Below the pieces are notes generated by a model. The model was not told the origin of the DNA and searched no databases. It saw nothing but the letters and a program-made list of their open reading frames with translations. This document shows, piece after piece, positions 11,241 to 22,855 of a DNA stretch of 64,000 nucleotides; position 1 is the stretch's first letter, and the number at the start of each line of letters is the position of its first letter. This DNA comes from Chrysemys picta bellii (taxonomy: Eukaryota), in assembly GCF_011386835.1 (NCBI RefSeq), contig NC_088806.1, forward strand, positions 1,364,001 to 1,428,000, given 5' to 3'. Position numbers and translations under genes: made by a program.

Positions 11241-11676
11241 GGGTTACTGGGGGGGGGGGAGGGGAGGAAGGGTAGCTCCTCCTCCTCTCGCGAGAGCTGG
11301 TAGCTCCCATGTTCCCGAGAGGAGCTGTAAACAGACAGAGGCAGAGGGGGACCCTGGTTCCTGACCCAGCTCTGCTCTAGGGGGCAGACCCCCTGTTCCT
11401 CCATGAGCCAGCCCTGACCGGGGAGGCACCCCGCCAGCCCCACAGGTCAGTGAGAGGGCCCCCCCCCTTGTACACCAGCTAGATCGGGGGCCCTGCTGCT
11501 GGGCAGGGGGGCTGAGAGAAGGGATCCCCCATCTGGTGAGGGGGTGCTGCAGGGCTTTGGGGGGAGAGAGAAGGGATCCCCATTTGGGGAGAGGGTCCTG
11601 TGGGGACTGGGGGCTCAGACAGAGGGGACCATACCCAGCCCCCCAGCCCAGCCAGGAGAGGGGGTAATGCCAAGGG

Positions 11677-12473
11677 TGCGTCTCAGCACCGGGCGAGGGG
11701 TCCCTGGGTAACCGGCCGCCCCACCCCAGAGGTGGGCGCATCTCAGCGCCGGGCGAGGGGTCCCTGGGTAACCGGCTGCCCCGCCCCAGAGGTGGGCGCA
11801 TCTCAGCGCCGGGCGAGGGGTCCCTGGGTAACCGGCCGCCCCGCCCCAGAGGTGGGCGCATCTCAGCGCCGGGCGAGGGGTCCCTGGGTAACCGGCCGCC
11901 CCGCCCCAGAGGTGGGCGCATCTCAGCGCCGGGCGAGGGGTCCCTGGGTAACCGGCCGCCCCGCCCCAGAGGTGGCTGCGTCTCCGCGCCTGGCGAGGGG
12001 TCGCTGGGTAACCGACCGCCCCACCCCAGAGGTGGGCGCGTCTCAGCGCCGGGCAAGGGATCCCTGGGGAACCGGCCGCCCCGCCCCAGAGGTGGCTGAA
12101 TCTCAGCGCCGGGCGAGGGGTCCCTGGGTAACCGGCCGCCCCGCCCCAGAGGTGGGCGCGTCTCCGCGCCGGGCGAGGGGTCACTGGGTAACCAGCCGCC
12201 CCGCCCCAGAGGTGGGCGCGTCTCCGCGCCTGGCAAGGGGTCCCTGGGTAACCAGCCGCCCCGCCCCAGAGGTGGGCGCGTCTCCGCACCGGGCGAGGGG
12301 TCCCTGGGTAACCAGCCGCCCCGCCCCAGAGGTGGGCGCGTCTCCGCACCGGGCGAGGGGTCACTGGGTAACCAGCTGCCCCGCCCCAGAGGTGGGCGCG
12401 TCTCCGTGCCGGGCGAGGGGTCACTGGGTAACCAGCTGCCCCGCCCCAGAGGTGGGCGCGTCTCAGCGCCGGG
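11677..12473 (-). repeat. Minisatellite B array (60-bp unit, ~13 copies)
   Basis: Consecutive 60-nt sequence lines are nearly identical: TCCCTGGGTAACCGGCCGCCCCGCCCCAGAGGTGGGCGCATCTCAGCGCCGGGCGAGGGG. Confidence 0.95.
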
Positions 12474-12659
12474 TTGGTGAGCTAGTGGTGCTCCCAAGTG
12501 CTGTGTACACATCCCCTCTCCCCCTAAAGTGAGCAGGGCTGAGACAGGAGCCCAGGGAGCTCCCCCAACCCATGGCCCCCCCCCACACAGCTCCCCTCAC
12601 ACCCCTGCACTAGCATAGGGAAAAGGGGCTCAGTTGGCGTGACCCCTTCAGCCCTCGGG

Positions 12660-12780
12660 CTGGCAGCGTGGGCTAGCGGGCATGGCCTGAGATTCGGGCT
12701 GCCCAGATTCTCTTCCCAGCTCAGCCACTGACCTGCTAGGCAAGTCCCGGCACCTCCGTGCCTCAGTTTCCCCACCCCAC
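12660..12780 (+). mobile_element. Degenerate MIR/CORE-SINE-like copy
   Basis: CCCAGATTCTCTTCCCAGCTCAGCCACTGAC...GGCAAGTC...GTGCCTCAGTTTCCCC resembles the MIR head and core. Confidence 0.5.
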
Positions 12781-13399
12781 CCGTGGTCCATCTCGCTGAG
12801 TGAGACCGTAAGCTTTCACGGCAGGGACAGCCCCATGTGTCTGCTGTGCCCGGCCCCATGGGTACCCCAATCTTAGAACTGGACTGAGACCCTCTGAACT
12901 CATGTCCCCCGGGGAATTCCCCCTCAGGCCTGGCCCTGCCCACTTCCCAGCCCGCCTGGTGCCAGCTCTTCGCTCCCGCTCCTGAACTTCGCTCCATGCT
13001 TCGGAGCCCCTGGCAGGCGGGCCGCTGCGCCCTGCGCCAGGCTAAGCCAAGCGCCTCCCGGCCTGGGCCAGGACACCAAGAGCGTCGGCCTCTGGTCCAC
13101 GCCCAGACCTGTTCGGGCAGGGCTCCCCCAGCTCCCGCCAGCCCCGCGTCATACCATCTCATCAAGAGGGAGCTGGGAGCCAGGACTCCTGGGTTCTCTC
13201 CCCGGCTCGGGGAGGGGAGTGGGGGCTGGGGGTTCAGAGCGGGGGGGGGGGCTGGGAGCCAGGACTCATGGGTTCTCTCCCGGGCTCTGGGAGGGGAGTG
13301 GGGGCTGGTGGTTAGAGCAGGGGGGGCTGGGAGCCAGGACTCCTGGGTTCTGTCCCAGAGGGGAGTGGGGTCTAGTGGGTTAGAGGAGGAGCGATGGCC

Positions 13400-13833
13400 C
13401 GTTGACCCTGGCCGGGATCCGACCCCCCTTGATCCCACGGGGCGACGGCCGATGGACCCTGGCTGGGATCTGGGCCTCTGCTTACCTCGGTGCCGCTGTC
13501 AGGGGTTCGCTGCCGGTGCCTGTCTCCCGTCCCCCTGCCGCGGCGCTGCCTCGTGGCCAGTGAATGGGCCCTTTGTCCTGGCTACGAGCCCCGGGGCCGT
13601 CTCTCCATGCGGCCGCCCTCCGGGGACGCGAGGCGGGGGGCAGCTCCGAGACTCCGACGGGGCCGGGGTGGGTGCTAACCACCCTGCCCCTCTGACACCT
13701 TGGAGGGACAGGGTCTGCTCCCAGCTCTGGCACTGACCGTGCCTCGGTTTACCCCCTGGGATGGTTTCTGACGGGGGGTCTCACACGCTGGGCTCCCCCC
13801 TCTCCCCCTTGCAGGGCTCCGCCGGCCGCGAGG
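13400..13833 (+). promoter_or_regulatory. CpG-rich region: likely RNF167 promoter and non-coding first exon
   Basis: High CpG density immediately upstream of the acceptor (AG 13813-13814) of the ATG exon; TSS not determinable. Confidence 0.5.
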
Positions 13834-16800
13834 ATGCGGCCCGAGCGCGCCTTCCCCAGCCCTGTCACCGCCCTCCTGCTCCGGGCCTGTCTGCTGCTCC
13901 CCCCCACAGACGCCTACATCCACGCGGTGAGTGGCCGAGGGCTTGGCCTGGCCTGGCGCCGGGCCCAGGGGGGAGTGGGGAGATTTTGGGGGCAGGGACC
14001 CAGGGAGCGGTTAGATGGGGTGGGGGAAACCGGAGCCTTCCTCGTGCCACCCTGATCCTTCTCCCCCCGCACCCTGCAGGTGACGGATCACAACTCCAGC
14101 ATGGACTTCTCGGACCTGCCCGCCCTCTTCGGGGCCCTGCTGCCCAGGGAAGGACTTGTGGTGCGTAGCTGGCGCTTGGGAAGCAAGGTCCAGGGGGCTG
14201 GTGGTTAGAGCAGGGGGGCTCCAGGATGCCTGGGTTCTCTCCCCGGCTTTGGGAGGGGAGTGAGGGCTGGTGGGTCAGAGCAGGGGGGGCTGGGAGCCAG
14301 GACTCCTGGGTTCTCTCCCCGGCTCTGGGAGGGGAGTGGGGGCTGGTGGGTTAGAGCAGGGGAGGCTGGGAGCCCGGACTCCTGGGTTCTCTCCCGGGCT
14401 CTGGGAGGGGAGTGGGGGCTTGTGGGTCAGAGCAGGGGGCTGGGAGCCAGGACTCCTGGGTTCTGTTCTCGGCTCATCCTGCCTGGCTGCAGGCCTGTGG
14501 TGTATTGACTCTGATGTCCTGCTTTGCTCCAGGGCTACTTGGTGGAGGCCAGGCCCAGCAATGCCTGTCAGCCTATCGAGGGTCCCCCCAACTCCAGCAA
14601 CGCCACCCGCTTCATCGCCCTCATCCGCAGATACGAGTGCAACTTCGACATCAAGGTGGGGGGGCCTAGGGGGCAGTGAGGGCTGGTGGGTTAGAGCGGG
14701 GGGGGGGGAAGGGGACTGGGAGCCAGGACTTCTGGGTTCTCTCCCGGGCTCTGGGAGGGGAGTGGGGGCTGGTGGGTTAGAGCAGGGGAGGCTGGGAGCC
14801 AGGACTCCTGGGTTCCCTCCCGGGCTCTGGGAGGGGAGTGGGGGCTGGTGGGTTAGAGCAGGGGAGGCTGGGAGCCAGGACTCCTGGGTTCTCTCCCGGG
14901 CTCTGGGAGGGGAGTGGGGGCTGGTGGGTTAGAGCAGGGGAGGCTGGGAGCCCGGACTCCTGGGTTCTCTCCCTGGCTGTTGGAGGGTGCTTTCCCCCCC
15001 TGACCCGTTCCCCCCCCGTCCCCAGGTGTGGCACGCGCAGCAGGCCGGGTTCGACGCCGCCGTGGTCCATAACACGGGCTCCGACAAACTGCTCAACATG
15101 GCCTGGAATGATGGTGAGTAGGGGAGGGGAGGGACTTTCCCTAGGCTCCGCCCCTGAGTTCTCCCATGGGACGGGGTTACTCTCGGGGTTCCCGCCCCCC
15201 ATTTGCAGGCTGGATTGTGGCAGCTCCTAGCAGCAGGGGGCAGGAGTGAGACCCCCCACTACCAGGATCCCCCCAGCCTGTGCTCCCCATGCCACCTGCC
15301 TCCCCCAGGGAGAGCTCTGGGCAGAGGGAACCCAGTGTCCAAAGGGCGACCGTGCCCCGGGTGTGGGTCGGGGCGTCCCCTGTGGGGCTGGCTGAGCCCC
15401 TCTGCCGTCTCTCTACCCCACAGAGAGGATCCAGGAGCAAATCGCCATCCCGTCAGTCTTCGTGGGGGAGACGGCCGCCGACTACCTGCGCTCCCTCTTC
15501 AGCTATGAGAAGGGGTAGGCACCTGCCCTCCGGCGGGGGGGGCGCGGCCCAGCCCCCCCCCCCTTCCTCTTGTCCCCTCGCAGCCCCTGAGCCCGGAGGA
15601 ACCCCAGCGTGGGCCTGGTGCTCCCCCCCCACCCCCCCTCAGGACACATGTCTGTCACCTGCCTTGCTCTCCCTGGGTGCTCCATCAGTAGGGAGGGGAG
15701 TGGGGTCGAGGGGTTAGACCGGGGCGGAGGCTGGGAGCCAGGACTCCTGGGTTCTCTCCCCGGCTCTGGGAGGGGAGAGGGGACTGGTGGGTTAGAGCAG
15801 GGGGGGCTGGGAGCCAGGACACCTGGGTTCTCGCCCCGGCTCTGGGAGGGGAGTGGGGGCTGGTGGGTTAGAGCAGGGGGGGCTGGGAGCCAGGACGCCT
15901 GGGTTCTGCTCTGGAGGCACAGTGGGGGCTAGCGGCCAGCATCTCCGCCCTGACTGACCCCACTGTCTCCGGTCACCCAGCGCTCACATTATCCTGATCC
16001 CTGAGTACATCTTCCCGCTGGGTTATTATCTCATCCCCTTCACCGGCGTGGTCGGTATCATCATCGCCGTGATGTGCACCATCCTGGTGAGTGACATCCC
16101 ACCGCACTGTGCGGGGCACAGGCTGGGAGCCAGGACTCCTGGGTTCTCTTCCCGGCTCTGGGAGCGGGGGGGGGGGGGGGGGGTCAGAGCAGTGGGGGCT
16201 GGGAGCCAGGACTCCTGGGTTCTCTCCCCGGCTCTGGGAGGGGAGTGGGGGCTGGCGGGTCAGAGCAGGGGCTGGGGGCCAGGACTCCTGGGTTCTCTCC
16301 CGGCTCTGGGAGGGGAGTGGGGGCTGGGGGGTTGGAGCGGGGGGGGGAGGGGAGGCTGGGGGGTCGGAGCAGGGAGGCTGGGGGCCAGGACTCCTGGGTT
16401 CTCTCCCGGCTCTGGGAGGGGAGTGGGGGCTGGGGGGTCGGAGCAGGGAGGGGCTGGGGGCCAGGACTCCTGGGTTTCTCTCCCGGCTCTGGGAGGGGAG
16501 TGGGGGCTGGGGGGTCGGAGCGGGGGGGGGGGAGGGGAGGCTGGGGGGTCGGAGCAGGGAGGCTGGGGGCCAGGACTCCTGGGTTCTCTCCCGGCTCTGG
16601 GAGGGGAGTGGGGCTGGGGGGTCGGAGCGGGGAGGCTGGGGGCCAGGACTCCTGGGTTCTCTCCCGGCTCTGGCAGGGGAGTGGGGGCTGGGGGGTCAGA
16701 GCGGGGGGGCTGGGGGGTCGGAGCGGGGAGGCTGGGGGCCAGGACTCCTGGGTTCTCTCCCGGCTCTGGCAGGGGAGTGGGGGCTGGGGGGTCAGAGCGG

Positions 16801-19800
16801 GGGGGCTGGGGGGTCGGAGCGGGGAGGCTGGGGGCCAGGACTCCTGGGTTCTCTCCCGGCTCTGGCAGGGGAGTGGGGGCTGGGGGGTCAGAGCGGGGGG
16901 GCTGGGGGGTCGGAGCGGGGAGGCTGGGGGCCAGGACTCCTGGGTTCTCTCCCGGCTCTGGCAGGGGAGTGGGGGCTGGGGGGTCAGAGCGGGGGGCTGG
17001 GGGGTCGGAGCGGGGGGGGGGGAAGTCCCGGACCCCCCTGACGCCCCCCGGTCTGTGCTGGCAGATCGTTCGCTGCGTGCAGCACCGCAAGAGGCTGCTG
17101 CGGAACCGGCTCTCCAAGGAGCAGCTGAGGAAAATCCCCGTCCACAAGTACAAGAAAGGTAACTGGCCACCAGGGGGCGCTGCCGCCCGCCACAGCCCAC
17201 CCCGGACCTCGCCCTCCGGGAGTCAGGACCCCCAATGCCCCAGGGTGGCGCGGGGGCGCGGTGCTGCGGGGGGCGGGGAGGTCAGTGGAGGGCGCCCCAG
17301 GGTGGCGCCGGGGGCACGGTGCTGCGGGGGGCGGGGAGGTCAGTGGAGGGCGCCCCAGGGTGGCGGTGGGGGCGCGGTGCTGCGGGGGGCGGGGAGGTCG
17401 GTGAGGGCGCCCCAGGGTGGCGCCGGGGGCGCGGTGCTGCGGGGGGCGGGGAGGTCGGTGGAGGGCGCCCCAGGGTGGCGCCGGGGCGCGGTGCTGCGGG
17501 GAGGTCGGTGGAGGGCGCCCCAGGGTGGCGCCGGGGGGCGCGGTGCTGCGGGGGCGGGGAGGTCGGTGGAGGGCGCCCCAGGGTGGCGCCGGGGGGCGCG
17601 GTGCTGCGGGGGGCGGGGAGGTCGGTGGAGGGCGCCCCAGGGTGGCGCCGGGGGCGCGGTGCTGCGGGGGGCGGGGAGGTCGGTGGAGGGCGCCCCAGGG
17701 TGGCGCCGGGGGCGCGGTGCTGCGGGGGGCGGGGAGGTCGGTGGAGGGCGCCCCAGGGTGGCGCCGGGGGCACGGTGCTGCGGGGGGCGGGGAGGTCAGT
17801 GGAGGGCGCCCCAGGGTGGCGCCGGTGGCGCGGTGCTGCGGGGGGCGGGAGGTCAGTGGAGGGCGCCCCAGGGTGGCGCCGGGGGCACGGTGCTGCGGGG
17901 GGGCGGGAGCTCAGTGGAGGGCGCCCCAGGGTGGCGCCGGGGGGCGCGGTGCTGCGGGGGGCGGGGAGGTCGGTGGAGGGCGCCCCAGGGTGGCGCCGGG
18001 GGCGCGTGCTGCGGGGGGCGGGGAGGTCGGTGGAGGNNNNNNNNNNGGTCGGTGGAGGGCGCCCCAGGGTGGCGCCGGGGGCGCGGTGCTGCGGGGGGGC
18101 GGGGAGGTCGGTGGAGGGCGCCCCAGGGTGGCGCCGGGGGCGCGGTGCTGCGGGGGGCGGGGAGGGTCGGTGGAGGGCGCCCCAGGGTGGCGCCGGGGGC
18201 GCGGTGCTGCGGGGGGGCGGGGAGCTCGGTGGAGGGCGCCCCAGGGTGGCGCTGGGGGCACTGTGCTGCGGGGGGCGGGGAGCTCAGTGGAGGGCGCTCT
18301 CCCCTGGCGGGCGGGGCCCCCAGCGTGATACTTCCAGATAAGCCGTGAGCTGATCCCCAGAGGTGGCCACAGGTGCAGCATGGGGGGTTTCTTGGGGGAG
18401 CAGGGGGGCTGACCCTGAGCCCTTTTTATCCTGGCACCCCCCCCACTCCAGGGATGGCCACTGGGGTAGCAGGGCGGGGCCCTTCCCAGCATGCAGTGGG
18501 CATGATGGAGCAGAACACTGCATGCTGGGAGGGCCCCCCATCCTGCCCCTCACCCATCCAGGCTGCAGTGCACCCTCTCCCCAGCAGAGGGGCCCCCTGC
18601 CCCACCACCTGTCTGTCTGTCCTTCCGCAGCCCGTTTTGGAGCCGGGGGGGCGGGCAGATCCCCCGTCCCCCCACACCATGGGGAGGGGGGCCAATCGAA
18701 GGAACAATCCGTCTAGCTCAGAGGCAGCCGGGAGGGATCTAGGGGCGCCCCTGGGAGGTGCAGGGGAGGGGAAGGGCAGGCTGTGGGTTTCTCCTCAGAT
18801 TGTGGGGTGCCTGTCTGAGCCCCAGCACGGGGCGCTGGAAAGTTCCAGGTTCAGGGGTGGGGGGTGCGATCGGTTGCACCCCGACGCCTCCACCTGCCCC
18901 CATGTCACCAAATCCCAAGCGGAGATGTCAGGCCGGGGAGCGAGCGGCTGTGACTTGGGGTGTGGAGACTGGCTTTGAGCGCTTCCTCCCCTCGGCTCCC
19001 AGCCCCCTTTGCAGCCCCTGGGCTCACACATCTACTGTGTGTTTTGAGGGACCCCAAGTCACCCCCCTTCCCCTCTGTCAGACCCAGGCTGGGGCTCCTT
19101 GCATGCAAACACGCTGGGAGCCAGGACGCCTGGGTTCTCTCCCCGGCTCGGGGAGGGGAGTGGGGGCTTGAAGGTTAGAGCGGGGGGGGCTGGGAGCCAG
19201 GACTCCTGGGTTCTCTCCCCGGCTCTGGGAGGGGAGTGGGGGCTGGTGGGGTTAGAGCAGGGGGGGGGCTGGGAGCCAGGACGCCTGGGTTCTCTCCCCG
19301 GCTCTGGGAGGGGAGTGGGGGCCTGTGGGTTAGAGCAGGGGGGGGCTGGGAGCCAGGACTCCTGGGTTCTCTCCCCGGCTCGGGGAGGGGAGCGGGGGCT
19401 GTGTGGCTAGAGCAGGAGGGCTGGGGAGCCAGGACTCCTGGGTCTCCTCTCTGGCTCGGGGAGGGGGAGCGGGGGCTGGTGGTTAGAGCAAGGGGGGGCT
19501 GGGAGCCAGGGACTCCTGGGTTCTCTCTCTGGCTCGGGGAGGGGAGTGGGGGCTTGAAGGTTAGAGCACGGGGGCTGGGAGCCAGGACGCCTGGGTTCTC
19601 TCTCTGGCTCGGGGAGGGGAGTGGGGGCTTGAAGGTTAGAGCAGGGGGGCTTGGAGCCAGGACTCCTGGGTTCTCTCTCTGGCTCGGGGAGGGGAGCGGG
19701 GGGCTGGTGGCTAGAGCAGGGGGGCTGGGAGCCAGGACTCCTGGGTTCTCTCTCTGGCTCGGGGAGGGGAGCGGGGGCTGGTGGTTAGAAGCAGGGGGGG

Positions 19801-22800
19801 GCTGGGAGCCAGGACTCCTGGGTTCTCTCTCTGGCTCGGGGAGGGGAGTGGGGGGCTTGAAGGGTTAGAGCACGGGGGCTGGGAGCCAGGACGCCTGGGT
19901 TCTCTCCCCCGCTGCGGTTCAGCCCTGTCCGAGCGCTGGGAGGGGGGCTGTGCTAACCGCAGTGACTCGAGGCGTTGTCACCTCACGCCTGTGAAATGTT
20001 TTGACAGGAGCCCCAGGCCGGCAGCCGGTGGGGAGGCTGACCGGCCTGCCGCGGGGGCGGGGGGGGTGCACTCTGGGGTCAGCCCGCCCTGACGGCCTCC
20101 AGGCCCCTGTGCTGAGATGCCCACCCCCTCCCCCAGACCCCATGGACCTGTCTGAGCTCCCCACACAGTCTCTGGGGGGCCCCTGGATCCAGCTGCTGCG
20201 GGGGCCTGTGCCGGGGGAACGGGCCCAGGGGCTTCCCTGGCTGGTGCTTGTGGCTCTGGCTTCCTGCCAGCCCTTGCCCAGCCTCTGGGGGGGGTCGCTC
20301 CTGCAGGGAACGGGGGGGGCAGCAGGGAGACACAAGGCTGCTGGAGCAGTGCATGCTGGGAGCTGGGTCACGCAACCCACACTTCCACCCCCTCCCTTAC
20401 CGCTTCCCAGCAGTTTGCAGCCACCTAGCCCCTCCAGGCTCAGTGAGGGGTCTGGGGGGTCAGAGCAGGGGGAGCTGGGAGCCAGGACTCCTGGGTTCTC
20501 TCCCTGGCTCTGGGAGGGGAGTGGGGGCTGGTGGGTTAGAGCAGGGGGGGGCTGGGAGCCAGGACTCCTGGGTTCTCTCCCCGGCTCTAGGAGGGGAGTG
20601 GGGGCTGGTGGGTTAGAGCAGGGGGAGCTGGGAGCCAGGACTCCTGGGTTCTCTCCCTGGCTCTGGGAGGGGAGGGGGGCTGGGGGGGGGGATCAGAGCA
20701 GGGGGGGCTGGGAGCCAGGACTCCTGGGGTCTATTTCTGCCATTTGAAGGGGGAAGGGATGCAAAAAATACCACCGTCCTCCCAGCCCCATCCCATCACC
20801 AGCCCCCACTTCCCTCCCAGAACTGGTGAGAGAACCCAGGAGTCCTGGCTCCCAGATTCTATCCCTCAGTCTCCCCCTCCCCCTCGAGCTGCCAGTAGAA
20901 CCCAGGCGTCCGGCTTCCCAGGGAGCTGTTGCAGCAGCCGTTTCACCGCCTGGCGGGGCGCTGAGCGGGTGCTCTCGGGGTTGAGTAAGCGCCGGGGAGG
21001 AAGCGGCAGGGGAGCGCTCGCATTTACCTTATAAGGGCTTGAGCCGGAGCGGCTGGGTTTCCCTCCGCAGCCCCTCTGACCGCTTCCCTCCCGGGCGGGC
21101 GCGCGGGGGGGGATGGAGCTTCCTGTTTTCGCTGACACGTTCGAGCCCTGCAGCTGAGCAGGCAAGAACTGAACCTCGGGTCCCAGCCCGGGCCCTGTGT
21201 CATCAAACGCAGCCACCTCTGGGGTGGGGCGGCCGGTTCCCCAGGGACCCCTCGCCTGGCGCTGAGATGCCGCCACACCCCTGGGGCGGGGTGGCCGGTT
21301 ACCCAGGGACCCCTCGCCCCGGCGCTGAGAATCGCCCACCCCTGGGGCGGGGTGGCCGGTTACCCAGGGACCCATCGCCCGGCGCTGAGACGCAACCACC
21401 TCTGGGGTGGGGCAGCTGGTTACACGGGGACCCCTCGCCTGGCGCTGAGATGCAGCCACCTCTGGGGCGGGGCGGCCGGTTACCCAGGGACCCCTCGCCC
21501 GGCGCTGAGAATCGCCCACCCCTGGGGCGGGGTGGCCGGTTACCCAGGGACCCCTCGCCCGGCGCTGAGACGCAGCCACCTCTGGGGTGGGGCAGCTGGT
21601 TACACGGGGACCCCTCGCCTGGCGCTGAGATGCAGCCACCTCTGGGGCGGAGGCGGCAGGTGACACGGGGACCCCTCGCCCGGTGCTGAGATGCAGCCAC
21701 CTCTGGGGCGGGGCGGCCCGTTACCCAGGGACCCCTCGCCTGGCGCTGAGACTCAGCCACCTCTGGGCCGGGGGCGGCTGGTTACCCAGCGACCCCCTCG
21801 CCCGGCACTGAGATGCGCCCACCTCTGGGGTGGAGATGTGGGTGGAAAGGAGAATTTTGACCTGACAGCTTCCTGTGAACCCATGACCCTAGGGAGATGT
21901 TGCCACATGCATTTCATTGTTCTTATGTCCCAACAGAAGAAACACAGTTCTAGGCCTGTCTCTAGGATTCCTGGGTTCTCTCCCCAGCGCTGGGAGGGGA
22001 GTGGGGGCTGGTGGGTTAGAGCAGGGGGGGTGCTGGGAGGCAGGACTGTTATCCTCTCACTGTATGAGCTTGCCCTGGTCCCGCCCCTTCTGTGTGCCTC
22101 AGTTTCCCCCATATGTCAGGACTAACGCCCACCTTCTGTGTCTCTGCCAGGGGACGAGTATGACGTCTGTGCCATCTGTCTGGATGAGTACGAGGAGGGC
22201 GACCGGCTGCGGATCCTGCCCTGTGCCCACGGTGAGGACTCTTGGGTTCTCTCCCCGGCTCTGGGAGGGGAGTGGGGGCTCGTGGGTTAGAGCAGGGGGG
22301 CTGGGAGCCAGGACTCCTGGGTTCTCTCCCCAGCTCTGGGAGGGGAGTGGGGGCTGGTGGATTAGAGCAGGGGGCTGGGAGCCAGGACTCCTGGGTTCTC
22401 TCCCCGGCTTTGGGAGGAAGTGGGGGGCTGGTGGTTGCGGGGGTCAGGGAGCCGCCTGGATGCCTGGGTTCCACTCCCGGTGGCGGGGTGTAACTGCTCT
22501 CCCCTGCCCCCAGCCTATCACTGCCGGTGTGTGGACCCCTGGCTGACGCAGACCAAGAAGGACCTGCCCGGTGTGTAAGCAGCGTGTGCTGCGGACGGCC
22601 GAGGACTCGGACTCGGAGGGCGAGGGGCACCCGCGGGGCGAGGAGGAGGAGGAGGAGGAGGAAGAGCAGCGCCACTCGGAGCGGACCCCGCTGCTGGGCC
22701 CCTCCTCCGCCGCCGGCACCCCGTCCTTCGGCAGCATGGCCGAGGCGCGGGGCCCGCCCTCCGGCGAGGAAGGCTCCGAGGAGGAGCAGGAGGGGTCCCT

Positions 22801-22855
22801 GGGTGCTCGCAAGGAGCATGGCCCTGAGGGCCTGGCGGGCAGCATCCTTGTCTGA
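13834..22855 (+). CDS. RNF167: E3 ubiquitin ligase RNF167 (signal peptide, PA domain, TM, RING-H2); +1 frameshift in the last exon as assembled
   Basis: Exons 13834-13926, 14080-14160, 14533-14655, 15026-15113, 15424-15514, 15981-16086, 17065-17158, 22151-22231, 22514-22855, all GT-AG with matching phases. Motifs [65 protein letters not shown]. Extra G at 22560/22561. Confidence 0.93.
16120..17035 (+). repeat. Satellite A array in RNF167 intron
   Basis: About 10 variant copies of GGGAGCCAGGACTCCTGGGTTCTCTCCCGGCTCTGGGAGGGGAGTGGGGGCT. Confidence 0.9.
17164..17182 (+). promoter_or_regulatory. Consensus CTCF motif
   Basis: TGGCCACCAGGGGGCGCTG, 5 nt after the exon donor; binding not shown. Confidence 0.6.
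17235..18300 (+). repeat. Minisatellite C array (~58-bp unit), containing an assembly gap
   Basis: GGAGGGCGCCCCAGGGTGGCGCCGGGGGCGCGGTGCTGCGGGGGGCGGGGAGGTCGGT, about 18 copies. Confidence 0.95.
18037..18046. other. Assembly gap (10 N)
   Basis: Run of n inside minisatellite C; true array length unknown. Confidence 1.
19110..19910 (+). repeat. Satellite A array in RNF167 intron
   Basis: About 10 copies; further copies at 20455-20730. Confidence 0.9.
21210..21830 (+). repeat. Minisatellite B array
   Basis: About 10 copies of the 60-bp unit CCACCTCTGGGGCGGGGCGGCCGGTTACCCAGGGACCCCTCGCCCGGCGCTGAGATGCAG. Confidence 0.95.

Noticed and set aside
11677-12473. Regular repeats as a CRISPR array
   Set aside because: No unique spacers, eukaryotic context and no cas genes.
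11244-12532. Long ORFs of 269-422 aa
   Set aside because: Translations of the 60-bp minisatellite B, open in several frames with no domain.
12524-13438. 304-aa minus-strand ORF as SLC25A11 or a new gene
   Set aside because: No mitochondrial-carrier motif; partly satellite and MIR sequence.
16048-18348. 766-aa Gly-rich ORF
   Set aside because: Reads through satellites A and C and an N gap; only 16048-16086 and 17065-17158 are real RNF167 exon sequence.
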